Shown: piece after piece, positions 18,728 to 29,704 of the stretch | Layout: each line of letters starts with the position of its first letter | Position numbering within the stretch: the first letter of the stretch is position 1 | Virus record (IMG/VR): IMGVR_UViG_3300014499_000008 | Span: 1 to 55,533 of that record | Length of the DNA stretch: 55,533 bases | Strand: one strand, 5' to 3' | DNA from: a virus | Lineage: Duplodnaviria; Caudoviricetes | Translations under genes and position numbers: made by a program | Notes under the pieces: generated by a model | The model's input: the letters and a program-made list of their open reading frames with translations, nothing else | Databases searched by the model: none | What the model was told of the DNA's origin: nothing

Positions 18728-18805
18728 GCAGGAGGTCCTGTTGGTGTCGCTGGTGAACGAGGCAAGCGTGGGTTCCCTCTAGCTCACCATCAGCAAAGGC
18801 TACAC

Positions 18806-20089
18806 ATGGCGAAGATTCAAGACATGACGGGCATCACGCTCGTCACCCGTAAGGATGGAAGTCAGGCGTGGGAGATTCGACTCAGCACGCGAGAGAACGG
18901 GAAGCAGAAAGCGTACTGCGCGACCGTTGACACCTCGGAAGGGGCGGCGCGCAAGAAGCGTGACGAGCTTCGCGTGCAGATCGCGCTCAATCAGAAGAAT
19001 CGAAAGAAGAACGGGGCGAACGTATCGGTTGGTGATATACCATTCGCCGTCGCGTTCGATCGATTCATCGCGGAAAAGACGCTCGTGTACGATCAGAAGA
19101 AAACCGCCCAAGGCTATACCGAACTGGGCGTGCGGCTGAAGAAGGCGTTTGGCCCAGTCCCGTTCGGCAAACTCGATCGCGCGATGGTCCGTAAACAGAT
19201 CAAGGTGTGGAAGAAGTCCGGTAAGCTCAAACCGATTCGCGGTCAAGCAGCGATCGATCTGAAAGAAGGCCTATCGGATTACCATATCAACAAACATCTT
19301 TCGCTGTTAGGCACCGTTTACAACTACTTCATCGAGGAAGTAGAAGCAGGCGACATCATGAGTCCGGTGTCGAAGAACATGATGTTCAAGATACCGAAGC
19401 CCAAGCAAGACGAGACAACGACGTATAGCTGGGCGCAGGTGAATCAATTGTTCGCCGCCGCCGATGCGTATCCGGCGCGTTCGAGTTTCAACAAACTGCG
19501 GTTGAAAGCCGTCACGCACTTGATGATCTTTCTCGGCTTGCGGCGTGGTGAGGTGTTCGGTTTATCATTTGACAGTATCGACTTCGAGAAGAAGAAGCTG
19601 CACATCTGGCAGGTTGTAGAGATTGATGCCTCTGAGAAACGTACTCCGGTATTGAAGCCGTGCCCCAAGACGGAAGATTCAGATCGTTGGTTAGCAATCG
19701 ATGATTACACGCTGGCAATCTTGAAAGCGTTGCGCTCGGAATATAATAAGCTGAAGCTCGCATCGAAAGGATTGTTCGATGCAAACAATCATCGACTGGT
19801 GTTTGGCGATGTAAAAGGCAACCCATATTCCGGCAGCAATTTCAACTGCGTGTATACGCGTCTCGTGAAGCGGGCAAAGCTGCCGTACGTTTCACCGCAT
19901 CAACTGCGACATACGTTCGGCACGCTACAGCGCGCGGCAGGTATCGACATGGAGACGATCGCAAAGCGCATGGGGCACAAGTCGCGGATGGTGACGGACA
20001 TTTATGCGGAGTGGAACGTCGAGATGGATCGGCGCTGCCAAAACATCTTGATCGCAGCATACGAAGGTTCGCTCAAGGTCGCTTCGTAA
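18806..20089 (+). CDS. int: Tyrosine integrase
   Basis: GLRRGE (R), PKT (K), HQLRH, MGH, TDIY; N-terminal arm-binding-like domain. Confidence 0.93.
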   Translation: MAKIQDMTGITLVTRKDGSQAWEIRLSTRENGKQKAYCATVDTSEGAARKKRDELRVQIALNQKNRKKNGANVSVGDIPFAVAFDRFIAEKTLVYDQKKTAQGYTELGVRLKKAFGPVPFGKLDRAMVRKQIKVWKKSGKLKPIRGQAAIDLKEGLSDYHINKHLSLLGTVYNYFIEEVEAGDIMSPVSKNMMFKIPKPKQDETTTYSWAQVNQLFAAADAYPARSSFNKLRLKAVTHLMIFLGLRRGEVFGLSFDSIDFEKKKLHIWQVVEIDASEKRTPVLKPCPKTEDSDRWLAIDDYTLAILKALRSEYNKLKLASKGLFDANNHRLVFGDVKGNPYSGSNFNCVYTRLVKRAKLPYVSPHQLRHTFGTLQRAAGIDMETIAKRMGHKSRMVTDIYAEWNVEMDRRCQNILIAAYEGSLKVAS

Positions 20090-20114
20090 GCTAACTGAAC
20101 CAAGTTACAACAAG

Positions 20115-20169
20115 AGCGAGGGAATGGTTTCGTACCAGTATTGGAGAACGAAGCCGCCCTCGCTTTTTT
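20115..20169 (+). terminator. Intrinsic terminator after integrase
   Basis: AGCGAGGG...CCCTCGCT followed by T run. Confidence 0.55.
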
Positions 20170-20190
20170 CAAGTTAGGAAAGGCTACATT

Positions 20191-20520
20191 ATGGCTGCAA
20201 GCGCCAACATGGTGCTATTCAATCAAATCATGCGCGACGTTTTGCGAGAGCGTGAGCGACAAGAGGACTTGCGCGCGTCAGGGAAGTTCGTCGCAACGTG
20301 TGCGACAACCGGCGCTGATCAAATGACCGAGTTCGAGTGTTTTACTGTTCTCGGCGAGGAGGTCGGCGAAGTCGCGAAGGTGCTGCTCGATGCTTCGATC
20401 ACCGACATCAATAGATTAGATGAATCAACGGTTCTGTTTCTGCGTGATGAGTTGATTCAAGTCGCCGCTGTTTCTGTTGCATGGGTTGAACGTCTTGATG
20501 TCACGGAGGGAGAACCGTGA
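20191..20520 (+). CDS. MazG-like nucleotide pyrophosphohydrolase
   Basis: LGEEVGEVAK...LRDELIQVAAV; AAAGGCTAC leader. Confidence 0.75.
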   Translation: MAASANMVLFNQIMRDVLRERERQEDLRASGKFVATCATTGADQMTEFECFTVLGEEVGEVAKVLLDASITDINRLDESTVLFLRDELIQVAAVSVAWVERLDVTEGEP

Positions 20521-20888
20521 TCGAGTATTTCGATATGGATGGCAACGCTATATCATTTGATGCGTTTCTTGAATTATACGATCGAGCTAATGATAAGCGT
20601 CGTGTTGCGCTTGATGAAACACCGGAGTTTTACATAAGCACGGTGCTGCTTGGTCTTAATCACGAATGGCGAACTGGTTACCCGCCGTTGATCTTCGAGA
20701 CGATGATCTTTACTCGCGGTGCCGATGGTGGGTTCGGTGGCGGTGAATTTCAGATGCGCTACAGTACCAAGGAAGAAGCTCTTCTCGGACATGCTGCGGC
20801 TGTGCGGTATGCAAAGTCTCAAGGTGCTATTGTGACGGAGTTTCGCAATATCATTTCTTGTGCCTTGACTGAGAGGTTGCTGAAATGA
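20517..20888 (+). CDS. Phage hypothetical protein
   Basis: GGAG SD; ISTV.LG..H...PLIFETMIF pattern. Confidence 0.65.
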   Translation: MIEYFDMDGNAISFDAFLELYDRANDKRRVALDETPEFYISTVLLGLNHEWRTGYPPLIFETMIFTRGADGGFGGGEFQMRYSTKEEALLGHAAAVRYAKSQGAIVTEFRNIISCALTERLLK

Positions 20889-21328
20889 TGAACGATTATG
20901 AGTTCCAACAGTTGCTCGATCGTGCCATGCCAAACAAGCTGTATGTGCGGCGTATCGATGATCATACAGTAGCATCAACGCCCCGCAACCAGGAGCACGG
21001 TGTTTGCGACTTCTGCGGGGTCAACGCTGACCATCCGAAGCTGTATGATGCCGAGGATGTTGAGATTGCTTTATTCAACGTTGATGGTAAATCTGAGGTA
21101 ACACAAAGTGTCGGTGCATGGGGCGCGTGCATTCGCTGCGCCATCATGATCGATGCAGAGAGGCGGGAAGCGTTGATCGATCGAGCGATCACGATTGCAA
21201 CAAAGCGCAGATATGAGGCGTTTCCTGACTTGGATAAGCTTTCTCTCTCCACGCAACGTGACATGCACCGCATGGGGAATTTGATGCTGGCAGCTTCACA
21301 CGATGCGTTCTGGCGGGCGAAGAAATGA
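20885..21328 (+). CDS. Zn-ribbon hypothetical protein
   Basis: CDFC...WGAC..C; GAGG SD; ATGA overlap. Confidence 0.65.
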   Translation: MMNDYEFQQLLDRAMPNKLYVRRIDDHTVASTPRNQEHGVCDFCGVNADHPKLYDAEDVEIALFNVDGKSEVTQSVGAWGACIRCAIMIDAERREALIDRAITIATKRRYEAFPDLDKLSLSTQRDMHRMGNLMLAASHDAFWRAKK

Positions 21329-23381
21329 GCACCTATCTTAAGCCGCTTGTGCCTTGGAACGCCCACCCTCATTTCCATCGTCGCCGTACCATCATGGTTC
21401 GCGGTACTCTAAGGAACTGCGATTGGCCGCAATGCCGCCAAAGTTATGAGCAATACATAGCGGAGATGTCCAAACCGTTCTTGCTGTCGAACCCGGCGTC
21501 TGAGGTGAAGAAATGAACGGACCAAACCCGGTGAATAACATGACTCGCCTGTGTCAAATGTGTGGTCGGGCCGTGCCGTTCATTCCTGACGGTGTGTTTC
21601 GCGATCACGATTGCCCTGCAATGCCTGATACCCGAGTGGAGTATTCGTTCACGGTCGTTGATGGTGTTGAAAAAGTCAACGAGGTGAAGAAATGCCAGTA
21701 GGGCCGGGGAAATATGACGCACTCTGCACCGATGCGAGGGTTGCAGCGGACGCGCGAGCTTGCATTTTAATCATTATTGGCGGTAAGCTAGGCAGCGGGT
21801 TTTCGGTTCAGACTACAGATAGTTCGCTCGCAGAACCGACAGCGCTTGTGTCGTTCTTACGTGTGGTTGCCAATGATATTGAAGGTATCAAGGCGGGTGT
21901 AATATGAATGCATGGTTTGGGCACGGGATGCGTGATACGGCCATTGCTGACGGATGGCCGGAGATACCCGTACCGGACGGTGAACTCTGTTACTACTGCG
22001 GCACCATGATCATTGAATGGGATAGCGGTGAGCGGATACCTTTGATCGGTTCTCTCGGCACGGTGAAGATGCTCTACCGACATCAAGAATGCGTGATCTA
22101 TTCCGTGCAAGGGTCGCGCTGGTGCCGTGCCGAGGGCGTGGAGATGAAGTCCCCACAACACGAACGCTATCACGCACTGCAGCGGGCAGCGTACGGCATC
22201 ATGCGCCCGCGCGCGATCGAGCGACGGGTGTTGCTAGAGTTCGGTGAGTTCATCAGCGAGGACGAACTCATAAACAACTGGCGGGCGGTTCATGACGGAC
22301 GTTGAAAAGCTGCTGACGATATACGTCGTGTACGATCGGCCAAAGGACTTCCCAACAAAGATCGTCGTTCGGGCGCGGTATGCGACGCGGGATGGAGCGA
22401 TTCGGCCCAGTAAGACAGCACGCGTCTTTGATTCGATCGAACAAGCACAGTCCTGGTGCTCACGGAAAGGGCTGTATCGTATTGAACGCTTCCCTGATGA
22501 TGAACCGCAGATTGTCGAAGCATGGATATAACGAACATACCTGATGACGCGTTCTATCCGCCGGGAGGATCAATCTGCGGTCGATCACTCGGCATCGCGG
22601 CATGCATCTGTGGCGAATGCAGGTATCGTGTGATGAGCACGGAGCAGGTGGTGAAACACGAACCCGATTGCAGCGGAACGCATATCGTATTCGCTGACGG
22701 CAAGCGTATGTGTTTGGATGATGTCAATAATAGTATGGCAGCGGTTGATGTGTTCAAGGCACGCATACGCGCTATTCATAAGCCGTATCGCATATTCGGT
22801 GAATGCGACCACGATCATGAACTCGGCGATGAAGGTGTTGTAGATGCGGAGTACATCGGATTAACTTGCAACTACTTGTATGATGTGTGCTCTGAATGCT
22901 GCGTTGAAGGTGATGGACAAACGGAAGCGTGTGCAACGGAGCACGAACACGGTAAGGACATGCCGATCTGTCGCACGATCGCGGCGTTATCAGACCGCAG
23001 TAATATCTACATCGCTAACTCTAGCAGTAGCTCCGTAACGAAGTATGATTAAACGAGATGTTTAGAGTTAATCTTTTCAGAATCGAGGTTTGCGTGCAAT
23101 GCGGTACACGTTTCGTGCGGTTACGTCCGTTGCGCCTGTGGTGGTGTTTGTGTTCCAAAACGTGTGGTTACGCGCATCGGCGCATTCCTGGGCACAGCTT
23201 CTACATGCAGCATGCTGATACGGAGCGTGAGCGCCATCGGGCGGCGATAAAGACGGTCGATGCCGATCTTGCGTGGATGACACCTGCTGAACGCCTTGCT
23301 ATGCGGACGCGTGTCGTATCAGTTGATGATCAGCCGTGGAGTCGGCGCGAAGGCGGCGCGGGAAGTCGGAAGCGTCGATAA
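21325..23381 (+). other. Run of small coupled hypothetical ORFs (21325, 21513, 21692, 21904, 22292, 22522, 23058), several Cys/His-rich
   Basis: Overlapping or adjacent start/stop codons on + strand. Confidence 0.55.
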
Positions 23382-23392
23382 ACTCTCGAATA

Positions 23393-24667
23393 TCACAAAC
23401 CGAAGATGCGGGTGATGAAGGGTCGTTTCTTCGGCGGCGGTGATGCGATTTGCGCGGCAAGCTCTTGCACAGCATTTATCAAGGTGAAGAGGATTTCACT
23501 GGCATCGATGGTGAGGATGTCTGTTTCTTCACCGTCAATCTTGCCGCGTTCGCTGCTTACCGCGCGTGGGATGATAGACTTCAATTCCTGGGCTGACAGG
23601 CCGACGTAGCGCTTTCCAGTCGCTTCAATTCCCCCCAAGCCGTTGTATTCAAAGGCGATTGGGCGCAGGGCAAGGATGTGTGCTAAGCCATCGGTGTGTG
23701 GCTCGATCTTGTGTTTCAGCCGTACGTCGGACGGGTTCGACCAAAAGAGACTCCCTGGCTGTGTGCCTTGCCCGAGAATCTTCAATGCCCCGCTGTCGCT
23801 TACGGTCATCGGACTCGTTGTGTTTGCAGCGTTGCGAAGGACATATCCACTTGCATTCGCCGGAACAATGGTGAACGTCGGGCCGGAGAATGTTCCAGCG
23901 GCGAACTGCAAATTTCCCGTGCTCGTGAAGAGTGCAATTGGTGTTGCACCGCAGTAGAACACGCCTTGCCCGCCGCTTGGAAACGTGAGCGTGCTGTTCG
24001 CTCCACTAAGCCCAATGTTCCATCCCGAACAGGTTAGTGGTCCGTTGATCGAGGCCGATGTCGGCCCGTAGGTTGATGATCCGGTAGTATATCCTGCGGC
24101 CGTGATCGAACCGGAGTCGTTGAATGTGATAATCGATTGCGTATTGGCGGCGTTGCGAAACGCTATCCCATTTGCATTCGGTGGGACATACGTCGCCACA
24201 TTCGCGCTCTGTGCAAATGAGCCGAAGTCCGATAGAATACCGCCGACAGTGACATCACCCGATGATGTGTTGAATATTGGAAGTGCATTGCCGACGATTA
24301 AGCCGGTTGTCGGTTCAGTCCATGACGCACCGAATGCAAGCGTCGATGTGTTCTGCTTGGTTTCTGCACCGCTCGTTGTTGATACATAGACGTTCCAACC
24401 GATTGCGTTGGGTGAACCTGCCGGGCGGGCTGGTGATCCGACCACGAGCAGACGTGATGCAGCAACGGCGAGCGATGTTTCCGGTGAAGCGAGCGTCTCA
24501 CCGCCGCCCGAAGCGACGATCGTGATTCGCACATAGGCGGTGAATGCGCCGAGGGCACCCCCGGCGATCGACGTAGGCGTAACGCTCGCGGGGGTGGAGA
24601 GTGGCGGTAAGTTGAGCGGGCCATTGAACGTTGCCGATGGCCCAGTCAACGCAGTCAGACAATTCAC
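23393..24667 (-). CDS. Tail fibre/spike with C-terminal intramolecular chaperone (peptidase S74)
   Basis: SDVRLKHKI...LRPIAFEY...GLSAQE...NAVQEL. Confidence 0.85.
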   Translation of the reverse strand: MNCLTALTGPSATFNGPLNLPPLSTPASVTPTSIAGGALGAFTAYVRITIVASGGGETLASPETSLAVAASRLLVVGSPARPAGSPNAIGWNVYVSTTSGAETKQNTSTLAFGASWTEPTTGLIVGNALPIFNTSSGDVTVGGILSDFGSFAQSANVATYVPPNANGIAFRNAANTQSIITFNDSGSITAAGYTTGSSTYGPTSASINGPLTCSGWNIGLSGANSTLTFPSGGQGVFYCGATPIALFTSTGNLQFAAGTFSGPTFTIVPANASGYVLRNAANTTSPMTVSDSGALKILGQGTQPGSLFWSNPSDVRLKHKIEPHTDGLAHILALRPIAFEYNGLGGIEATGKRYVGLSAQELKSIIPRAVSSERGKIDGEETDILTIDASEILFTLINAVQELAAQIASPPPKKRPFITRIFGL

Positions 24668-24673
24668 TCGCGC

Positions 24674-25771
24674 TTAGCCGATAACGGTTACGCGGTACTG
24701 ATTCACGGTCGGTGCAACGCCGAACACAAGCGTGATGGTGGTAGCACTCGCTGCCTGCCAATCGGTGATGTATGCGTTACCCGACTGATCGCGAATGATG
24801 GCGAGCACATCGGTTGTGCCCAAGTTATGCGTGAGCGTATAGGAAAGCGATGAACCGTCGCCGACCGATGCCGAGTATTTCCGCGCCGCGATCGTCGTAT
24901 CGAGTGCAAAGCCCGTCGCGCTGACAACGAGGCCACCGGAAGGTGTGACAACACCCGCAAAGGTATTGCCGGTTAGCGATACGCCGTTCTGTCCAACATA
25001 GGTGTTCGCGGCGGTAAGCTGGGTGATCGTGACGGCAGTCGTACCGGGAACGATCGTGCCGGAGGTCGGCGTTGCAAGCCGCCATGTCGAACTCGCATAA
25101 ACGGTACCTTGTTCAACAAACCACGTCGCGCCGAGGTCGAGTTCGCCATTCGCGTCATTCGTTGAACGAGTCCATGCACCGGCTGATACGATATACACGC
25201 CGTTCTGCGAGGTCGTTGTTTGGTTGGGAAGGAGAACCCGGTTGCCTGCGGCTTGAATCACGCCGTCAATGGTGAGCAGGCCCGAGAGCGTTGGAACGTT
25301 CGTTGCTGAAACAGCATTGACAGCTTGTTTCGATACGATACCGGCGGCTGAAGCTTGCGCTGCGGCTTGCACATAAGCCATGTTCGCAGCATCGGTGCCG
25401 GTCGTTGGTGTGGCAACGTTCGTCAGTCTGAATCCAGCGAGGGTAACCGGCGCAACGGGCGGGGCGAAGGTGTTCAGCGCATAGCCGGTGACCGTCGATT
25501 GCAAATCGCTGATCGTGGCGGAAGGCTGTGTGCCGGTATGATTCGCGCGTGCGAGGGGGTTGGTGAGCAGTGCAGCGTTCGGGATTGTGCCGACGAACTT
25601 GCTGGCATCGGTCGATACCCAAGCCGAACCGTTATAGATGAACGACGCGTTGACGGACGTATCGTAGTAAATCTGACCGGCTTTAGGCGAACTCGGGGCG
25701 GAGGCGAGATTACCGACAACGGCATTGCGAAGCTCGAACTGATTGGCATTGAGGAAATTGAGAAGATTCAA
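24674..25771 (-). CDS. Tail fibre/adhesin protein, paralogue of 27319-28416
   Basis: LSGLLTIDG...NRVLL..QT..QNGVY; THNLGT C-terminal domain; same length (365 aa) as paralogue. Confidence 0.8.
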   Translation of the reverse strand: MNLLNFLNANQFELRNAVVGNLASAPSSPKAGQIYYDTSVNASFIYNGSAWVSTDASKFVGTIPNAALLTNPLARANHTGTQPSATISDLQSTVTGYALNTFAPPVAPVTLAGFRLTNVATPTTGTDAANMAYVQAAAQASAAGIVSKQAVNAVSATNVPTLSGLLTIDGVIQAAGNRVLLPNQTTTSQNGVYIVSAGAWTRSTNDANGELDLGATWFVEQGTVYASSTWRLATPTSGTIVPGTTAVTITQLTAANTYVGQNGVSLTGNTFAGVVTPSGGLVVSATGFALDTTIAARKYSASVGDGSSLSYTLTHNLGTTDVLAIIRDQSGNAYITDWQAASATTITLVFGVAPTVNQYRVTVIG

Positions 25772-25804
25772 GGTGCTCGTTGCTTTCTTTAATACAGAGG
25801 TGGG

Positions 25805-26260
25805 TTAGACGAGGTACGCGGTGCCGCTTAACGGCTCGCCAAACGAGATGGTCAAATTGTTCAAATCGGTGTATGTTACGTCGCCTTCGGAGGCTTCGCC
25901 GTCGTCGTCAATGATGGTCACGCTTGGATACACGCCGAAGTTATGATTGATCTGCCACAGCGCGGAGGGAATGGTTTGCGCGAAATTCATCGACAAACCG
26001 GGGGGTCCGTGAGGCCCGATTGGCCCAGTGGCACCACGTTCAAGAACAACACTCACGATTGCCATATTGACCACCGTCGATGGGACAGCAACAGTGGTAT
26101 AGATCGGTGCCAGTGCTGCAACGATGTTTACACTTGTGGTAAGTGCTGCAGCGACGGCAGGCGCATTGATCTTCAGAGCGATCTTCGTCACTGACGGAGC
26201 AACAAGCACCGGCATTGTCGGGTCTTTATCAAGGACAAGTGCCGCGAGGAAGTCAGTCAT
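25805..26260 (-). CDS. Minor tail protein, paralogue of 26830-27294
   Basis: Short collagen-like GxxG; W.I.HNFG..PSVT..D...DLN.LTI.F..P.SG.AYL. Confidence 0.7.
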   Translation of the reverse strand: MTDFLAALVLDKDPTMPVLVAPSVTKIALKINAPAVAAALTTSVNIVAALAPIYTTVAVPSTVVNMAIVSVVLERGATGPIGPHGPPGLSMNFAQTIPSALWQINHNFGVYPSVTIIDDDGEASEGDVTYTDLNNLTISFGEPLSGTAYLV

Positions 26261-26654
26261 TCGTTATCCCGCCGATAACGGTCAATGTGCCTTGGACGAG
26301 ACGTGTGATGTCTCCCGATGGGTATTCGAGAATCAGATCGTAGTAATACTTCGCAACGGGCGGAACGACGGTTGGACTCGGCGTGACGACAAAGCTCGAT
26401 GTTTGCAAAGCGGTGAGTGATATGGTTACGGTCGATGGATCAGTCTTGTGATCACTCGAATCGTGAACGAGTAAGCCATTTCCATTCGAGTCTAAGTTCA
26501 GTAACGGAGGACGACCGTAAACTAAAAGAATGGACATCTTCGCTATTGCGCCGGAGATGTTCGACGGTAAGTTTGTCGAAGCATCGGTCAAAGAGATAGC
26601 ACCGATGAAGCTGGCATACTGTTCGACGGTTAGGTTTAGTGTCGCAGCACTCAT
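26253..26654 (-). CDS. Minor tail / BppU-N-like beta protein
   Basis: V.ISLTA.QT...YYYDL....GDITRLVQGTLTV pattern. Confidence 0.6.
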   Translation of the reverse strand: MSAATLNLTVEQYASFIGAISLTDASTNLPSNISGAIAKMSILLVYGRPPLLNLDSNGNGLLVHDSSDHKTDPSTVTISLTALQTSSFVVTPSPTVVPPVAKYYYDLILEYPSGDITRLVQGTLTVIGGITND

Positions 26655-26829
26655 TCGGCGACATCGCTTTGCTTAATAAGAGACTGCATTCCGTCTACCT
26701 TCTTTGTCGTTATGGTAACACGGTGAGCAGACATCATGAGAAGTGCGTGTAAAGCCTGCGTTAAGTCCGCATTGAGGCTGTTTTCATGTTACGATGGAGG
26801 TCACGATCTAAAGGAAGTGAGGGCGCAGT

Positions 26830-27294
26830 ATGGCATCGAATGGCGGCTTCATTGCGTATTCGACAACGAATGGTGAAGTAAGAGTTGCCGTCTATACAAC
26901 GTTCGCACTTGCGCAAGCAGATGCAGTGTTTATCAACGCAGCGATCGCAGCGCAACGGCCCGTCGTTATCGACAATGCGTTACTGAACCCGAATCGCGGA
27001 CCATTCATTGCACAGTACGGACTCGTTGTACTATCGAATGCTGAAGCAGCGACGACTGCCGCAGTTGTATCAGGCGGGTCAGGTGGGTCAGGTGGTGCGA
27101 GTAAGAATCTTGTGTTCAATCAATCAATGCCTGCGTCAATATGGTCAGTGACTCATAACTTCGGTTACAATCCGAGTGTTACTGTTACTGACGAATCAGG
27201 TACCGTCATCGTGGCGGATGTGTCATATCTCGATCTGAATACACTGACTATCACGTTTGCAGTGCCGACGAGCGGCAGCGCATATCTCATTTAG
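26830..27294 (+). CDS. Minor tail protein, paralogue of 25805-26260
   Basis: FNQSMPASIWSVTHNFGYNPSVT...DLNTLTITFAVPTSGSAYL. Confidence 0.7.
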   Translation: MASNGGFIAYSTTNGEVRVAVYTTFALAQADAVFINAAIAAQRPVVIDNALLNPNRGPFIAQYGLVVLSNAEAATTAAVVSGGSGGSGGASKNLVFNQSMPASIWSVTHNFGYNPSVTVTDESGTVIVADVSYLDLNTLTITFAVPTSGSAYLI

Positions 27295-27318
27295 GTCACT
27301 TGAAGTAAGGAATTTTAC

Positions 27319-28416
27319 ATGCCAAAGTTTGCTGACGCGATTGACTTCCAAAGCATTCCCGTTCTGAACGCCGTCTCACAGAATCTCGGTTCTGCACCGG
27401 CATCTCCGGTGGCCGGACGGCGCTATTTCGATACCACGTCGCTGAGTGAGTTCGTGTGGAACGGCACAGCGTGGGCGGGGTTAGATGCGACCAAGCTGAC
27501 GGCCTCGATACCGAATGCAGCGTTGACGACGAATCCGCTCGCGCGGGCGAATCATACCGGAACGCAGCCTGCATCAACGATCAGCAACTTCGCAGCCGCC
27601 GCCAATGCGTTGACGCTCGATTCATTCACTCCCCCCGCTGCAAACGTTTCGCTCAACAGTTTCAAGATTATCAATCTCGCAACGCCGACACTCGCAACAG
27701 ACGCAACGACCAAAGCCTATGTCGATTCAGGCATTCAATCGGCGGCGGCGGGGATTGTCTCAAAGCAAGCCGTGCGTCTTGTCTCACCAGTCAACATTCC
27801 GACTCTTTCGGGATTGCTCACCATCGATAGCGTCGTGACCGTCGCCGGTGATCGCGTTCTGCTTCCCGCGCAGACAGCATTATCGCAGAACGGCGTATAC
27901 ATCGTATCGGCGGGGGCATGGACGCGTTCGACAAACGACGCGTCATACGAACTCGACTTGGGGGCGACATGGTTCGTTGAGCAAGGAACAATATACAACA
28001 CAACGACATGGCGGCTCGCCACACCAACAAACGGGGCGATAGTAGCGGGGGCAACGGCGGTTACGGTGGCCCAGTTGACCGCAGCACAGACCTATACCGC
28101 TTCGCTCGGTGTCGCTCTTACCGGGAGCAACCTAACAGCAGCGTATGGGGCGGGTCTGACGCTCTTAGGCAACAATCTCATTGTCGATACCACCGTCGTG
28201 AACCGCAAGTACGCAGCGACGATCGGTGATGGAACCACAACGACGTTCGCCATCACGCACAATCTTGGGACGCTTGATGTCACGGTAACATTGCGATTGA
28301 TCGCAACGGGCGAGGAGATTGTGGTCGATAATGTTGCCACGGGTGTGAATACGTTGTCGATAGCGTTCATCACCGCACCGGCAACGAATACCTATCGTGT
28401 GATCGTTACGGGTTGA
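27319..28416 (+). CDS. Tail fibre/adhesin protein, paralogue of 24674-25771
   Basis: Shared blocks NPLARANHTGTQP, AAAGIVSKQAV, ELDLGATWFVEQGT. Confidence 0.8.
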   Translation: MPKFADAIDFQSIPVLNAVSQNLGSAPASPVAGRRYFDTTSLSEFVWNGTAWAGLDATKLTASIPNAALTTNPLARANHTGTQPASTISNFAAAANALTLDSFTPPAANVSLNSFKIINLATPTLATDATTKAYVDSGIQSAAAGIVSKQAVRLVSPVNIPTLSGLLTIDSVVTVAGDRVLLPAQTALSQNGVYIVSAGAWTRSTNDASYELDLGATWFVEQGTIYNTTTWRLATPTNGAIVAGATAVTVAQLTAAQTYTASLGVALTGSNLTAAYGAGLTLLGNNLIVDTTVVNRKYAATIGDGTTTTFAITHNLGTLDVTVTLRLIATGEEIVVDNVATGVNTLSIAFITAPATNTYRVIVTG

Positions 28417-28420
28417 TTGG

Positions 28421-29698
28421 ATGAAGTTCGCTGATGCGTTGTCGCTTAATACCGCTGCGATCAGCGTTGGGGCGACAACGCCTGTTGTTCCGATCGGCGC
28501 GTTGATCTATTCGACAACGGCATCATCGGTCTTGTGGTTCAACGGAACGTCGTGGGTTGCACTTACTTCCGGTTCGTCATCAGGAGCAGTCCCTATGTAT
28601 AACGCCGCCGGTACGGTGCAAACACCTCATGATGTCATTGGACAAGCAACACTAACACTGGTGAATGGCAGCGGTTCTGCACCAATTGCGCTGAGTGGCT
28701 TGGCAGCATTCACGAGCGCGGCGAGTTATGGGCTTGCATCACAACCGACTATTGTTGGTGGAACGTCTCCACTTGCCCCGATTAGTGCGATCACCACTGG
28801 ACTCAGCAGTCCACAGTGCGTAGCCGTTGATAGCACCGGCAATATCTACGTTGCGAACGCTGGCAATAGCACCGTAACGAAATACGCATCAACCGGCGGA
28901 GCAGCGATTCTCACCATCACGAGTGGACTCAGCAGCCCATACGGCGTAGCCGTTGATAGCACCGGCAATATCTACGTTGCGAACGCTGGCAATAGCACCG
29001 TAACGAAATACGCATCAACCGGCGGAGCAGCGATTCTCACCATCAGTAGTGGAATCAGCAGTCCACGCGGCATAGCCGTTGATAGCACCGGCAATATCTA
29101 CGTTGCGAACGCTGGCAATAGCACCGTAACGAAATACGCATCAACCGGCGGAGCAGCAATTCTCACCATCACGAGTGGGCTTAGCGCTCCATACGGCGTA
29201 GCCGTTGATAGCACCGGCAATATCTACGTTGCGAACACTGGCAATAGCACCGTAACGAAATACGCATCAACCGGCGGAGCAGCAATTCTCACCATCAGTA
29301 GTGGAATCAGCAATCCATACGGCGTAGCCGTTGATAGCACCGGCAATATCTACGTTGCGAACGCTGGCGGTAACAACGTACTGAAGTACGCATCAACCGG
29401 CGGAGCAGCGATTCTCACCATCAGTAGTGGAATCAGCAGTCCACGCGGCATAGCCGTTGATAGCAGCGGCAATATCTACGTTGCGAACAGTAGTTACGTG
29501 AGTGTTCTAACAAGCTCTGGAAGCGTTGTTTCATCAATTGGTCTTATGAATGCGCCTGCTTTAGCGACTGATGTGCTTCCGTTCTTTTCGTTAGCACCGA
29601 TTAGTGGTTCGAGTGCTGCCTTACTCTGTGCGGTTGAAGGCGCGGCAGCAAATGTCGATGGTACAATCGTCGTCACGTACAAGCTGAACGGGTATTAG
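28421..29698 (+). CDS. NHL-repeat beta-propeller protein (putative receptor-binding protein)
   Basis: Six P.GVAVDSTGNIYVAN repeats of 42 aa. Confidence 0.85.
   Translation: MKFADALSLNTAAISVGATTPVVPIGALIYSTTASSVLWFNGTSWVALTSGSSSGAVPMYNAAGTVQTPHDVIGQATLTLVNGSGSAPIALSGLAAFTSAASYGLASQPTIVGGTSPLAPISAITTGLSSPQCVAVDSTGNIYVANAGNSTVTKYASTGGAAILTITSGLSSPYGVAVDSTGNIYVANAGNSTVTKYASTGGAAILTISSGISSPRGIAVDSTGNIYVANAGNSTVTKYASTGGAAILTITSGLSAPYGVAVDSTGNIYVANTGNSTVTKYASTGGAAILTISSGISNPYGVAVDSTGNIYVANAGGNNVLKYASTGGAAILTISSGISSPRGIAVDSSGNIYVANSSYVSVLTSSGSVVSSIGLMNAPALATDVLPFFSLAPISGSSAALLCAVEGAAANVDGTIVVTYKLNGY
28790..29490 (+). repeat. 126-bp tandem repeats (NHL blades)
   Basis: TAGCCGTTGATAGCA at 28821, 28947 and onward with 126-bp period. 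Confidence 0.9.
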
Positions 29699-29704
29699 CC
29701 CGGA

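Noticed and set aside
26655-26829. Site-specific invertible promoter between the fibre operons
   Set aside because: No flanking inverted repeats seen and no invertase gene nearby
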